Notes under the pieces: generated by a model
What the model was told of the DNA's origin: nothing
The model's input: the letters and a program-made list of their open reading frames with translations, nothing else
The model's database searches: none
Part shown: one piece after another, positions 27,588 through 37,508 of the stretch
Layout of the letters: each line of letters starts with the position of its first letter
Numbering within the stretch: the stretch's first letter is position 1
NCBI GenBank assembly: GCA_000503835.1
Contig: CP006914.1
Coordinates: 111,790-155,217, forward strand
Direction: 5' to 3'
Length of the DNA stretch: 43,428 nucleotides
From: a candidate division WWE3 bacterium RAAC2_WWE3_1
GTDB taxonomy: Bacteria > Patescibacteriota > WWE3 > UBA101185 > UBA10185
Position numbers and translations under genes: made by a program

Positions 27588-27901
27588 ATAAACAAGAAAA
27601 AATACAAAGAACCTGCAACCTCGTCTTTTTTTCGTGCTGTGCCCTTTTTCTGTCCAGCACTGTGGCACGTATGTACTTCTATAACGACCTCGCCGTTAAA
27701 AACCGGGATCTTAAAGGTTCCTCTGACACCCAGTTGGCACTGGAGGAGGAAATTACTATGCTCAAATATGAAGACTCGGAACTGTCATCGATGAGTTATG
27801 TCGAGTCCGAGGCTGCAAAGATGGGCTTCTTACCCATGAAAGAACGTTTAATGACATTGGACCTGTCTTCAACCGGCCAAGTAGCTTCACTGGCAAGGTA
27901 A
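27575..27901 (+). CDS. putative cell division protein FtsL-like
   Basis: Lies between rsmH and ftsI. Single TM followed by a coiled coil ending in A..MGF, as in FtsL. Confidence 0.65.
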   Translation: MCRIDKQEKIQRTCNLVFFSCCALFLSSTVARMYFYNDLAVKNRDLKGSSDTQLALEEEITMLKYEDSELSSMSYVESEAAKMGFLPMKERLMTLDLSSTGQVASLAR

Positions 27902-27912
27902 AATACTCGTAG

Positions 27913-29736
27913 ATGAAAAATACAAGGACCAAAAAAAGAGCATTTCTTGAATTGCGGCTAAACTCTTTGATGGCCTTATTTTTTTTGGGTTTTTTGGCTG
28001 TAGTTTTCCGTTTGTTTCAGATTCAGGTGCTGGGACATGAAAAGTTCGGGAAAATGGGGCAGGATCAATACTGGACAGTTCAGGAAATATCCGCCGGGCG
28101 GGGAAGTATTTCCTCTTCGGACGGTTTTCTATTAGCCGGAACCGTAGATAACTATCTTATGTACGGCGAACCGAAGGTTATTGTGGACAAAACCCGGGCC
28201 GCTGTCACGTTGTCGGAATATCTGGCTTCTATCGAACCGGAACCTGCGGAGGCCGCGGAAGATAGCGAAAAAGCAATAAAGCCGGGTTTCGAATATTATT
28301 ACAAAAACATATCAGATTCATTAAATTTAGATCTTTACTGGGTTCCCCTTAAGAGAAATTTGTCCCACGAACAGATGCTTGCAATCCTGGATCTCGGGAT
28401 TGAGGGAATAGGTTTCGAAAAAGAACCGAAAAGGTATTATCCCGAAGGGACGCTGGCCAGCCATGTGTTGGGATTTGTTGCGAGCGACGAAAAAGGTGAA
28501 AAAACTGGATATTACGGTATTGAGGGTGCGTTGAACGAAGACCTGCAGGGAAAACCCGGGAGAATACTTGAAGAGAAGGATGCCACGGGAAACCCCATTT
28601 TGGCCGGAGGGTACAGAAAATCCAACCCCCTGCCCGGGAGAAGTATTGTTCTTACACTGGATCGTTCGGTTCAATACATGGTCGAAAAAATGATCAGGGA
28701 GGGAGTAGAAAAATATGACGCCGTTTCGGGAAGTGTGATAGTAATGGACCCGTACACGGGAAAAGTAATTGCTATGGCAAACTATCCTACTTACGATCCT
28801 TCCGATTTTTCTGTCGGCGATTCCGAAATGGCCGGGGACGGCGAACAGAAACGTAAAAAAGTAGAAAGAAGGAACCTTTCGATACAGCAGACTTACGAGC
28901 CCGGGTCGGTCATGAAGCCTATGACCGTGTCGACAGCAGTGGATCTTGGGCTGGTGTCGTCTACTACAACCTACGAAGATTCGGGGCCGGTGTATTACTC
29001 AGGTTACAAAGTGGACAATTGGGACTTCAAACACCACGGTGTGCTGACAGTACAGCAACTTTTGGAGTTGTCCAATAATATCGGAGCGGCGTGGGTAGGT
29101 CACAAAGTAGGTACGGAAAATCTCAGATCATATTTGGTTAATTTCGGGTACGGAAAAAAGACCGGTATTGAGCTTCAGGGCGAGGACACCGGTATTTTGC
29201 CGGAAACCTCGGACTGGTCAGATATTACCCTGGCCAATATTTCTTTCGGTCAGGGTATTTCCGCTACCCCGCTTCAGGTTCTGAACGCATTCAATGTTAT
29301 AGCTAACGGAGGAAGCTTGTACCAGCCGCTTATAATATCCCGGATAGATGACGGCAAGAAAATTTTGGAGATGAAACCGAAGAAGATAAGACAGGTCATT
29401 TCAGAGGAAACCTCGAAAGAAATGGTTACCATGCTCGAAAATGCCGCGGTAAGTGGCGAGGCAAAGTTCTACGTGCTTAAAGACTACAAGATCGCGGGCA
29501 AAACCGGGACCGCGCAAGTACCGGAAAAAGGCGGGTACTCGGTAGACAAAACTAACGCCACTTTCGTGGGTTTTCTTTCCGGAACACGCAGGTTATCAAT
29601 GATTGTCAAACTGGAAGAACCTAAAACATCTGTCTACGCATCTTTAACATCGGTGCCTTTGTGGATGGACATAATGTCTGAATTGGTAAAGTTCTACGGC
29701 ATCGCGCCCGACAGAGTCCAGCAGATTATCCAATAA
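27913..29736 (+). CDS. ftsI: class B penicillin-binding protein (FtsI/PBP2-like transpeptidase)
   Basis: Motifs RGSI, RYYP, EPGSVMK (SxxK), SNN (SxN) and GKTGTAQ. Confidence 0.9.
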   Translation: MKNTRTKKRAFLELRLNSLMALFFLGFLAVVFRLFQIQVLGHEKFGKMGQDQYWTVQEISAGRGSISSSDGFLLAGTVDNYLMYGEPKVIVDKTRAAVTLSEYLASIEPEPAEAAEDSEKAIKPGFEYYYKNISDSLNLDLYWVPLKRNLSHEQMLAILDLGIEGIGFEKEPKRYYPEGTLASHVLGFVASDEKGEKTGYYGIEGALNEDLQGKPGRILEEKDATGNPILAGGYRKSNPLPGRSIVLTLDRSVQYMVEKMIREGVEKYDAVSGSVIVMDPYTGKVIAMANYPTYDPSDFSVGDSEMAGDGEQKRKKVERRNLSIQQTYEPGSVMKPMTVSTAVDLGLVSSTTTYEDSGPVYYSGYKVDNWDFKHHGVLTVQQLLELSNNIGAAWVGHKVGTENLRSYLVNFGYGKKTGIELQGEDTGILPETSDWSDITLANISFGQGISATPLQVLNAFNVIANGGSLYQPLIISRIDDGKKILEMKPKKIRQVISEETSKEMVTMLENAAVSGEAKFYVLKDYKIAGKTGTAQVPEKGGYSVDKTNATFVGFLSGTRRLSMIVKLEEPKTSVYASLTSVPLWMDIMSELVKFYGIAPDRVQQIIQ

Positions 29737-29787
29737 CATTAGAACGCCGGCCGTTTATTTTTTACCCCGCAAATATATTGTAGACGG

Positions 29788-30150
29788 GTGTCCTGTCCTG
29801 CAAAAAAGAAAACCGGGGAGGAAGGTGAAAAGATTGCGGAGAAATACTTGATAGCCCAAGGTTACAAGATTTTAAAACGCAATTGGTTTTGTTACGCGGG
29901 AGAACTGGACATCGTTGCTTTTAAACACAAGCTGATTTTTATTGAAGTGAAAACGTTGTCACGAAGTGTGGGCGAAGACCCGTCGGCGATGCTCACACGC
30001 AGAAAAAGACTGAAGTGGTACCACACATCCAACTACTTTCTTCTTAGACATCATTTATTGGGCGCGGATTGGAGGTACGATTTTGTCGGGATAGTAAAAG
30101 ACGGCGCGAAGTATCGGCTGAGACATTATAAGAATATCCCTATTCCGTAA
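29788..30150 (+). CDS. yraN: YraN (UPF0102) family endonuclease-like protein
   Basis: Motifs GEKIAEKYL..GY.IL.RN, GELDIVA, FIEVKT and RYD. Confidence 0.9.
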   Translation: MSCPAKKKTGEEGEKIAEKYLIAQGYKILKRNWFCYAGELDIVAFKHKLIFIEVKTLSRSVGEDPSAMLTRRKRLKWYHTSNYFLLRHHLLGADWRYDFVGIVKDGAKYRLRHYKNIPIP

Positions 30151-31210
30151 TTGTCTGTCCGATATTTGTGCGGGTTTGTTCCGTTTGGATTTCCGGTCCG
30201 TCAAAAATCGGCGGTTCTATTGCCGCCAGTTTATTTTTTATCGCGTCGTGTATGTCGGAGTAGTCAGAATCCCGAGGTATGAAAACCCATGCAGTGTAAG
30301 GGCTGTCGGGGTAGATTCCGGGGTGGTAAATGAAAGTATCGTCAAGGACGAACGATCGGATATTGTAGTCCTTTCTGAAAGCGTAAAAATCCCAAAGATA
30401 GACCGCGTCTCCGATCGTCAGATTAGTTTCCATGTGCTTTGTAACGGTATTGTAGAAACCGGTTATATCCATCGGCCGGAAAATATTCCCCGGGTTTTCA
30501 AAAGAATCGACTATCCCCTGAAGGATGAGGTGCTGTCTTTTGGCTCTCATGAGGTCGCTGCCTTCTCCGTTGCTGCCTTTTCGCGAACGGGCGTAAGTCA
30601 GTGCTCTTTCTCCGGTCATCTTTTCGGTGCCTTGCTCGAAAGACACCTGTATGATGTCTGTATCCTGGCGGTTCGGGAAAGAAATATCCGTGAAAGATGT
30701 TTTTATATTTACATCTATACCGCCCATCTGAGTAATGAACCACTGAAATCCGTCAAAATCTGCGGCAATGTAACCTCCTATTTGAAGTCCGGTTATATCC
30801 TCGTAGGCTTTTTTCAGCCCTTCCCAACCGTAATTGACGAAAAGAGCATTTATCTTGTTGTTGTTCACCCACAAATCCCTCGGAACGGAGGTTAAAAGCA
30901 CGTTCTTTGAAGCAGTATCTATACTTACAAGCACGGTCGCATCTGTATTGTAGCCGTACTGTCCGTTGTTGCGCCTTTCAAGGCTTGTGTCGGTGCCTAT
31001 CAACAAAATATTTATCAGAGGATCCTTTTGAAAAACGCTCGGAAAGGAGGGAGTTTCAACCTTTTTATCTCCCGCAGGACCTTCGGTGGGGTTCGGTACC
31101 AGTTGTACTTGTTTTCTACTGTCTGCGGAGGTTTTGATATATATAAACAAAGCTCCGGAACCGAGAAAAACAACTATAAGAAATAAAAAAATGAGGGTTT
31201 TCTTGTACAT
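30140..31210 (-). CDS. LCP (LytR-CpsA-Psr) family glycopolymer transferase
   Basis: N-terminal TM, then NILLIGTD, NTD, SVPRDL, KINA, ALTYARSR and DLMRAKRQ. The ATG at 31210 is preferred over the TTG at 31225. Confidence 0.92.
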   Translation of the reverse strand: MYKKTLIFLFLIVVFLGSGALFIYIKTSADSRKQVQLVPNPTEGPAGDKKVETPSFPSVFQKDPLINILLIGTDTSLERRNNGQYGYNTDATVLVSIDTASKNVLLTSVPRDLWVNNNKINALFVNYGWEGLKKAYEDITGLQIGGYIAADFDGFQWFITQMGGIDVNIKTSFTDISFPNRQDTDIIQVSFEQGTEKMTGERALTYARSRKGSNGEGSDLMRAKRQHLILQGIVDSFENPGNIFRPMDITGFYNTVTKHMETNLTIGDAVYLWDFYAFRKDYNIRSFVLDDTFIYHPGIYPDSPYTAWVFIPRDSDYSDIHDAIKNKLAAIEPPIFDGPEIQTEQTRTNIGQTITE

Positions 31211-31318
31211 ATAGCAATTACACAAATATACCAGTTAAATTATCGAACCTCTATGGCATATTTTCCCCGGTCAAGAAAAGTATTGAACACCCTGCTATTT
31301 TTCTTGTAATATTAACCT

Positions 31319-31720
31319 ATGCCAAAGAAAGTATTGTTTGTGGAAGATGACGAAAGCTTTTTTAATATCTTCTCCGTACCTCTGAAAATGAAAGGATACG
31401 AGGTCGCGCACGTGGCCGAAGGCTCCAGAGCAATGGATTTTATCCTTCAGGAAAAGCCCGATCTGGTACTTATGGACATTATATTGCCGGGAATGAGCGG
31501 ACTCGACGTGCTGAAAGAGATGAAGGAAAACATGGACACCAAAGAAATAAAGGTGGTTATGCTCACCAATTTCGGTAATGACGAGAACATCAAGAAGGCA
31601 GTCGAATACGGTGCCGAAGATTACTACATGAAATATAACGTTGTACCTTCGGAACTGCCCGAGAAAATTGCCGTCCTTTTGGGAGAAACCCCGGATACCG
31701 GCATTGTAGTAACGGGTTAA
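31319..31720 (+). CDS. single-domain response regulator (receiver only)
   Basis: Motifs VEDD, PDLVLMDIILPGMSG and MLTN, plus the conserved Lys. No output domain. Confidence 0.92.
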   Translation: MPKKVLFVEDDESFFNIFSVPLKMKGYEVAHVAEGSRAMDFILQEKPDLVLMDIILPGMSGLDVLKEMKENMDTKEIKVVMLTNFGNDENIKKAVEYGAEDYYMKYNVVPSELPEKIAVLLGETPDTGIVVTG

Positions 31721-31727
31721 AGACAAC

Positions 31728-32561
31728 ATGGAAATTTATACTATTTGGCTCATAATAGCCGAGGCTGTTCTGTTACTGATTATTTCCACTATACTTTTCA
31801 AAAAATCGAGCGAAATTAATAAATTACTCGAACAGATAAACAAGCTGAAGACCGAGGGATACCCCCAGGGTTCACTTTTCGGCGGGAACAAAGACTATAT
31901 TCCTATGCTTGTGCATGAACTGAGAGCGCCGCTTTCGGTGATAAAGGGCGCATCTGACCTATTGTTGAAAGAAGCTGCCGAGTTGGACGCCGACCAGATT
32001 CATAGTCTACTTTCCCAGGTAAAAGAGAACTCCAACTCGATGCTTAAAATTGTTGCCGATATACTTGATGTTTCAAAGATAGGGGCGGGCAGATTTGAGA
32101 TAAATAAGGTATACGCAAATCTTAACGATACCCTGAAAGAGGAATGGAGCTATTTCAACCCTTTAGCCCAAGTTAAGGGTATAAAACTTGAGCTGGATCT
32201 TAACGAGAACTTCGGGAATTTTAGTTTTGATCCGGAACGTATTAAGCAGGTTGTGGGGAACCTTCTTTCCAATGCAATAAAGTTTACGCCCGAAGGCGGC
32301 ACGGTTAAGATGACCGCTAATAGATTTGACCATCACGCCGAGGTCATTGTGGCGGATAACGGAATGGGAGTGCCGGAGGGTGAAAAAGACCTGCTTTTTA
32401 AACCTTTTAGCCAAACCTCCAATCACTCAAAGGTAAAAGAAAAAGGTACCGGACTCGGTCTGGTAATAGTTAAAGCTATCGTAGAAGCTCATAAAGGTGA
32501 CATAAGGGTAGAAGATAACAGTCCTGCCGGAACGAAGTTCATTTTCACCCTGCCTCTTTAA
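31728..32561 (+). CDS. sensor histidine kinase (HisKA + HATPase) with a single N-terminal TM
   Basis: H box HELRAPL, N box NLLSNAIKFT, G1 DNGMG and G2 GTGLGL. Confidence 0.93.
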   Translation: MEIYTIWLIIAEAVLLLIISTILFKKSSEINKLLEQINKLKTEGYPQGSLFGGNKDYIPMLVHELRAPLSVIKGASDLLLKEAAELDADQIHSLLSQVKENSNSMLKIVADILDVSKIGAGRFEINKVYANLNDTLKEEWSYFNPLAQVKGIKLELDLNENFGNFSFDPERIKQVVGNLLSNAIKFTPEGGTVKMTANRFDHHAEVIVADNGMGVPEGEKDLLFKPFSQTSNHSKVKEKGTGLGLVIVKAIVEAHKGDIRVEDNSPAGTKFIFTLPL

Positions 32562-32562
32562 C

Positions 32563-33936
32563 ATGCAGTTAAACAAGAACATATTTAGGGAATATGATAT
32601 ACGGGGAGTATATGGCTCGGAGATTGACGAGAATCTTTTTTTTCATATCGGAAAAGCTATAGGCACGATCTACCGTCGCAAGAATTTACTCCGGGTCGTA
32701 CTGGGAATGGACAACAGGCTGAGTTCGGAGTCCCTAACAAAAAAACTATGCGAGGGAATAGTGGGAACCGGCTGTAATGTTACTTCTGTAGGAACCACTC
32801 CGTATCCTCTTATTCATTTCTTTACCTCCACTCAAAATTTCGACGGTGGTGTTTATGTTACTGCCAGTCACAACACGAGAGAATACAACGGTGTTAAAGT
32901 TGAGTTTGCCAAAGCAGAACCGGTGTTCGGCGAAGGTATCCGGGAAATTGTACAGATTATAGAAAAAGAGTCTTATATGTCCGGCACAGGTTCTTTCGCA
33001 GAAAAAGACTTGGTGGAAGAGTACATCACTTTCATTAAGAGCAAGTTCAGTTTTCACAAAAAATTCAGGATAGCGTTGAATACCGGGAATGGGGTTACAG
33101 GCGGTGTCGCAAAGGCAGTTCTCACAGCATTAGGTGTAGAAATAATTCCCGTTAACCTTGAACCTGACGGTACTTTTCCCAACGGAACTCCCGATCCCGA
33201 AGAACCCAATTTCGTGGAACAAACGGTTTTTGCGGTAAAGTCCGGTCACGCGGATGCAGGTTTTGGATTAGATGGAGACGGAGACAGATTTCTGATGGTG
33301 GACGAAAAGGGGAAAGCTTACGCTACCGATCGTGCGCTTCTGTTATTTAGTAAAAACATATTACAAAATAATCCGGGTTCCAAAATAGCCTATGATGTTA
33401 AATGTACTTCTCTGGCGGAGGATATAATAAAAAAATATGGAGGGACGCCGGAAATTATGAGGACCGGCAGATCTTACTTTATTAAAAAGGTCACTTCTAA
33501 AGAGGCCGTGTTCGGCGTGGAATTTTCCGGACACACCTATTTTGGCGACAGATACTTCGGATACGATGACGGCATTTACGCCATCTGCAGAGTGCTGGAA
33601 TTAATGGACGGGCAAGAAAACAGTATTTCGGAACTGATGTCGGAATTTCCTGGGAGAGTTAGTTCTCCTGAGATTAAGGTTTCGTGCCCGGACGAACTGA
33701 AGTTCGGAGTTGTGGAAAAAATAGTTGAGGTTGTAAAAGCATCGGATAATTACACCCGGAAGAACTTTATCGACGGGGTCCGCGCAAATGTTTCCGGGAC
33801 AGCGTGGTTTCTGATTAGAGCGAAAAATACATCGCCGTTCTTAGGTATAAGGATGGAGGCTGAAAGTGAAGAAGAGCTGAGTTCGGTAAAAGACAGGGTC
33901 AACGATCTTTTAGAGCCCCACGATATACATATTTAA
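32563..33936 (+). CDS. phosphomannomutase/phosphoglucomutase
   Basis: Motifs FREYDIRG, TASHN, DGDGDR and EFSGH. Confidence 0.93.
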   Translation: MQLNKNIFREYDIRGVYGSEIDENLFFHIGKAIGTIYRRKNLLRVVLGMDNRLSSESLTKKLCEGIVGTGCNVTSVGTTPYPLIHFFTSTQNFDGGVYVTASHNTREYNGVKVEFAKAEPVFGEGIREIVQIIEKESYMSGTGSFAEKDLVEEYITFIKSKFSFHKKFRIALNTGNGVTGGVAKAVLTALGVEIIPVNLEPDGTFPNGTPDPEEPNFVEQTVFAVKSGHADAGFGLDGDGDRFLMVDEKGKAYATDRALLLFSKNILQNNPGSKIAYDVKCTSLAEDIIKKYGGTPEIMRTGRSYFIKKVTSKEAVFGVEFSGHTYFGDRYFGYDDGIYAICRVLELMDGQENSISELMSEFPGRVSSPEIKVSCPDELKFGVVEKIVEVVKASDNYTRKNFIDGVRANVSGTAWFLIRAKNTSPFLGIRMEAESEEELSSVKDRVNDLLEPHDIHI

Positions 33937-33984
33937 TAACGGCGGCAGTTCCAAATGCCCGGAATTTGATATATCATTTCTTAT

Positions 33985-36249
33985 ATGAATAAAAATACTG
34001 CCCAAATACTGTGGTTCAAAGAAGTCGGTAAAAAAGATATTGGTCTGGTGGGAGGAAAGGGAGCTAACCTGGGAGAGATGGTTAACGCCAAGATTCCCGT
34101 ACCCGATGGATTTATTGTTACGGCCGGGGCATACTTTGATTTCATAAATTCCACGTCGCTAAAAGAAAAAATAATGCACGAGCTATCGGGGCTGGATGTT
34201 GATAATTCCAAAAAACTGCAGGAAGCATCCAAAAAAATCAAGACCGCAATTATGGCTGCAGACATGCCTGGAGATCTGGCGGCACGGATTAAAGATTATT
34301 ATCACAGGTTGTGCGGAGAGAATGACAGATACGTAGCTGTAAGAAGTTCCGCTACTGCCGAGGACTTGCCCGACGCTTCCTTTGCGGGACAGCAGGAAAC
34401 GTACTTAAATGTTAAGGGTTGGACCGATGTTGTGGCGAAAGTCCAAAAATGCTGGGCGTCCCTTTTTGAAGCGAGAGCAATTTTTTACAGGGAAACAAAT
34501 AAATACTCACACTTGAAGGTGGGTATCGCAGTACCTATACAGTTGATGGTGCAGTCCGATTTCTCCGGTATCATGTTCACGGTTAATCCTCTGACCAATA
34601 GTAAGGAGGAAGTTTCTATCGAGGCCGCGTTCGGTCTCGGTCAGCCGGTTGTTTCCGGGGAAGTCACACCCGACCAATACATTGTTAACAAAAAAACGGG
34701 GAAGATTACCTCCCGCTATCTCGCCAAACAAACATGGCAATTGACGCTGGCAGGAAACACGCCCATTTCCAAAAAATATCAACAAGTCCAGAAACTGACC
34801 AATAAACAAATTGTTGAGCTTGCACACATAGGAATAAAAATAGAGGAGCACTATAAAAGACCCCAGGATATTGAATACGGCATCGAGGACGGCAGGATAT
34901 ACATTGTTCAGTCCAGACCGGTCACAACTCTTATACAAAAAGAAACAGAGATCGGTATTGACGGTGATAAAAAGATTAAAGCGTTGCTTGAAGGTTTGGC
35001 CGCCTCTCCCGGCGTAGGTGTTGGTAAGGTAAAGATAGTTAAACGCCCGGGTGAGATTAACATAGTTAAGGAAGGAGATGTGCTCGTTGCCGAGATGACC
35101 AACCCCGATTACGTTCCCGCCATGAAAAGAGCCAGTGCCATTGTCACAGACCTCGGAGGAAGAACGAGCCATGCGGCTATCGTCAGCCGGGAACTCGGTA
35201 TCCCTGCTGTTGTAGGGACAAGTCATGCCACGAAGATGCTGAGGGTCGGAGAGCTGATAACAGTGGACGGGGCAGAGGGAAAAGTTTACGAGGGAGATAT
35301 ATCCGAAGTAAAAGATGTAAAAAAATCCAAACTTGACTTGAAAAATATTAAGACCGCAACAAAAATCTATATGAACCTGGCAGAACCCGAACTTGCAGTT
35401 GAGATGTCTCAGAGAAACGTAGACGGCGTCGGATTACTGAGAGCGGAGTTTATCATGGCGCAAATAGGCAAACACCCGATGAAATTCATTAAAGACGGCA
35501 AAAAGAAGGAATTTATCGGTCAGCTTGCCGACGGCATGGAAAAATTTGCTGAAGCTTTCTATCCCAGACCGGTCGTATATAGGTTCAACGATTTTAAGTC
35601 GAACGAGTACGCAAATCTCACCGGAGGAAAAGAATTCGAACAGGAAGAGCCGAATCCCATGATAGGTTACAGAGGAGTTTCAAGATATCTTGCCGAACCC
35701 GAAGTTTTTGAAATGGAGGTCGAGGCAATAAAAAGAGTACGTAACAAAAAGAATCTGAAAAATCTCTGGGTAATGATGCCGTTCGTTCGCACTGTCGAGC
35801 AGTTCAGAGAAGTTAAAAAGTTGTTAAGTGCCGCCGGTCTGAGAAGAAGCGGGTTGTTTAAATTATGGATGATGGTAGAAATACCCTCCAACGTTATTTT
35901 GCTGGATGAATTTCTGGATGAGGGAATCGACGGGGTTTCCATAGGGACAAACGATCTTACGATGCTGACGCTGGGTGTTGACCGCGACAACGAGAAAGTG
36001 GCCGATGCTTATAGTGAGATGAATCCTGCAGTACTTAAGTCTCTTGAAAAAATAGTGACAACCTGCCGAAAAAGAAAAGTAACGTGCTCCGTCTGCGGAC
36101 AAGCTCCTTCGGTTTTCCCCGAGCTTGTTGAGATGCTCGTTGATTGGGGTGTTACCTCCGTTTCGGTAAGTCCCGATGTGGTAGAAAAAACAAGAGAAAT
36201 AGTTTACAACTCCGAGAAAAAAGTATTGAGCGAAAAGAAGAAAAAGTAA
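33985..36249 (+). CDS. ppsA: phosphoenolpyruvate synthase (pyruvate, water dikinase)
   Basis: Motifs VGGKGANLGEM, AVRSSATAEDLPDASFAGQQET, GGRTSHAAIVSRELG and SIGTNDL. Confidence 0.96.
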   Translation: MNKNTAQILWFKEVGKKDIGLVGGKGANLGEMVNAKIPVPDGFIVTAGAYFDFINSTSLKEKIMHELSGLDVDNSKKLQEASKKIKTAIMAADMPGDLAARIKDYYHRLCGENDRYVAVRSSATAEDLPDASFAGQQETYLNVKGWTDVVAKVQKCWASLFEARAIFYRETNKYSHLKVGIAVPIQLMVQSDFSGIMFTVNPLTNSKEEVSIEAAFGLGQPVVSGEVTPDQYIVNKKTGKITSRYLAKQTWQLTLAGNTPISKKYQQVQKLTNKQIVELAHIGIKIEEHYKRPQDIEYGIEDGRIYIVQSRPVTTLIQKETEIGIDGDKKIKALLEGLAASPGVGVGKVKIVKRPGEINIVKEGDVLVAEMTNPDYVPAMKRASAIVTDLGGRTSHAAIVSRELGIPAVVGTSHATKMLRVGELITVDGAEGKVYEGDISEVKDVKKSKLDLKNIKTATKIYMNLAEPELAVEMSQRNVDGVGLLRAEFIMAQIGKHPMKFIKDGKKKEFIGQLADGMEKFAEAFYPRPVVYRFNDFKSNEYANLTGGKEFEQEEPNPMIGYRGVSRYLAEPEVFEMEVEAIKRVRNKKNLKNLWVMMPFVRTVEQFREVKKLLSAAGLRRSGLFKLWMMVEIPSNVILLDEFLDEGIDGVSIGTNDLTMLTLGVDRDNEKVADAYSEMNPAVLKSLEKIVTTCRKRKVTCSVCGQAPSVFPELVEMLVDWGVTSVSVSPDVVEKTREIVYNSEKKVLSEKKKK

Positions 36250-36275
36250 GGTAAAGACGCCCTTACTAAATAAGC

Positions 36276-37508
36276 ATGCCAAAGATAAAAAGCATAACCT
36301 GCCAAAAGATATTGAACTCAAGAGGTGAGTGGACGATAGAGACAAAGATCACTCTGGACGACGGTTCCGAAGGTGTTCAGGCGATACCCGACGGTGCCTC
36401 AAAGGGCGAGAACGAGGCCGTCTATATTCCCGTTGAAAAAGCTGTCGATATTGTAAGTACTGCCATTAACGATGTTCTTGAAGGAGAGGACCCGACTGAG
36501 CAGTTTGTGATAGACCAAATCCTGTTAGACATGGATGGTACGACGAACAAAAAACACCTTGGCGGCAACAGCATACTTTCCGTTTCTTTAGCTGCGGCTA
36601 AAGCGTCCGCAAGATCCAAAGGTTTAGAACTCTATGAGTATTTAAGCCGCCTGTATGTTCCGAAAAAAGATCCGCATGCCCGATTAAAATTTCCCGTTCC
36701 CATTTTCAACATAATTAACGGGGGTCTGCATTCGCATAATAATCTTTCGTTCCAGGAATTCATGGCTATACCCTCCCCGACACTGCCATTTGATAAAGCC
36801 CTGGAAATGGGTGTCGTGGTATATCACAATCTTAAAGAACTTCTTATTAAGGACGGTTTTGATGTGGACGTTGGGGATGAGGGAGGCTTTGCCCCGAACA
36901 ACTTCACGATTCAAAAAGCTTTGCAGTATATTTCTAAAGCCGCTTCTCAAAGTTATAAGCTCGGCGAACAGCTTTTTATGGGAATGGACGTAGCCGCGGG
37001 TTCTTTTTATATGCACAATTCCTATTTGATAAAAGAGGAAAAGAAAACGCTCGACAGCGACAAAATGTCCAAGCTGTATATTGATCTCCTTACGACTTAC
37101 CCATTAATCTATCTTGAGGATCCGTTTTATGAATCCGACTTCGAAGCTTGGGCAAAGTTTACGAAATCGGTAGGCAGCCGTTTGATGGTAGTGGGGGATG
37201 ATCTTGTCGTCACGAATCCTAAGTTCCTGAAAAGTGCGGTAGACATGAAGTTGGCCAATTCGGTTATTGTTAAGCCCAACCAGGTCGGAACACTGACCGA
37301 GACTTTTGAGTTTGTCCGCAACGCTCAGAAGGCCGGTATGAAGATAATAGTTTCCCATCGCAGTGGAGAGACAGGAGAGGACACGTTTATTGCGGATCTT
37401 TCCTTGGCTTTGGGAGCCGATTTTATTAAATCCGGCGCTCCCGTAAGAGGCGAAAGAGTTGTAAAGTACAACAGACTGCTTCAGATCTTTAACGCGCGGA
37501 ATAAATGA
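36276..37508 (+). CDS. eno: enolase
   Basis: Motifs ILNSRG, NGGLH, QEFM, GDEGG, EDP, VGDD, KPNQ, SHRSGE and KYNRLL. Confidence 0.95.
   Translation: MPKIKSITCQKILNSRGEWTIETKITLDDGSEGVQAIPDGASKGENEAVYIPVEKAVDIVSTAINDVLEGEDPTEQFVIDQILLDMDGTTNKKHLGGNSILSVSLAAAKASARSKGLELYEYLSRLYVPKKDPHARLKFPVPIFNIINGGLHSHNNLSFQEFMAIPSPTLPFDKALEMGVVVYHNLKELLIKDGFDVDVGDEGGFAPNNFTIQKALQYISKAASQSYKLGEQLFMGMDVAAGSFYMHNSYLIKEEKKTLDSDKMSKLYIDLLTTYPLIYLEDPFYESDFEAWAKFTKSVGSRLMVVGDDLVVTNPKFLKSAVDMKLANSVIVKPNQVGTLTETFEFVRNAQKAGMKIIVSHRSGETGEDTFIADLSLALGADFIKSGAPVRGERVVKYNRLLQIFNARNK

Noticed and set aside
29743-29763. Weak hairpin plus T-run after ftsI
   Set aside because: The stem is only about 4 bp, too weak to call a terminator.
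30176-30895. 239-aa ORF antisense to the LCP gene
   Set aside because: It lies wholly within a well-conserved gene, has no motifs or expression signals, and is best explained as a shadow ORF.
34507-35226. 239-aa ORF antisense to ppsA
   Set aside because: Shadow ORF within a highly conserved enzyme gene. The same applies to the other short nested ORFs in the track.
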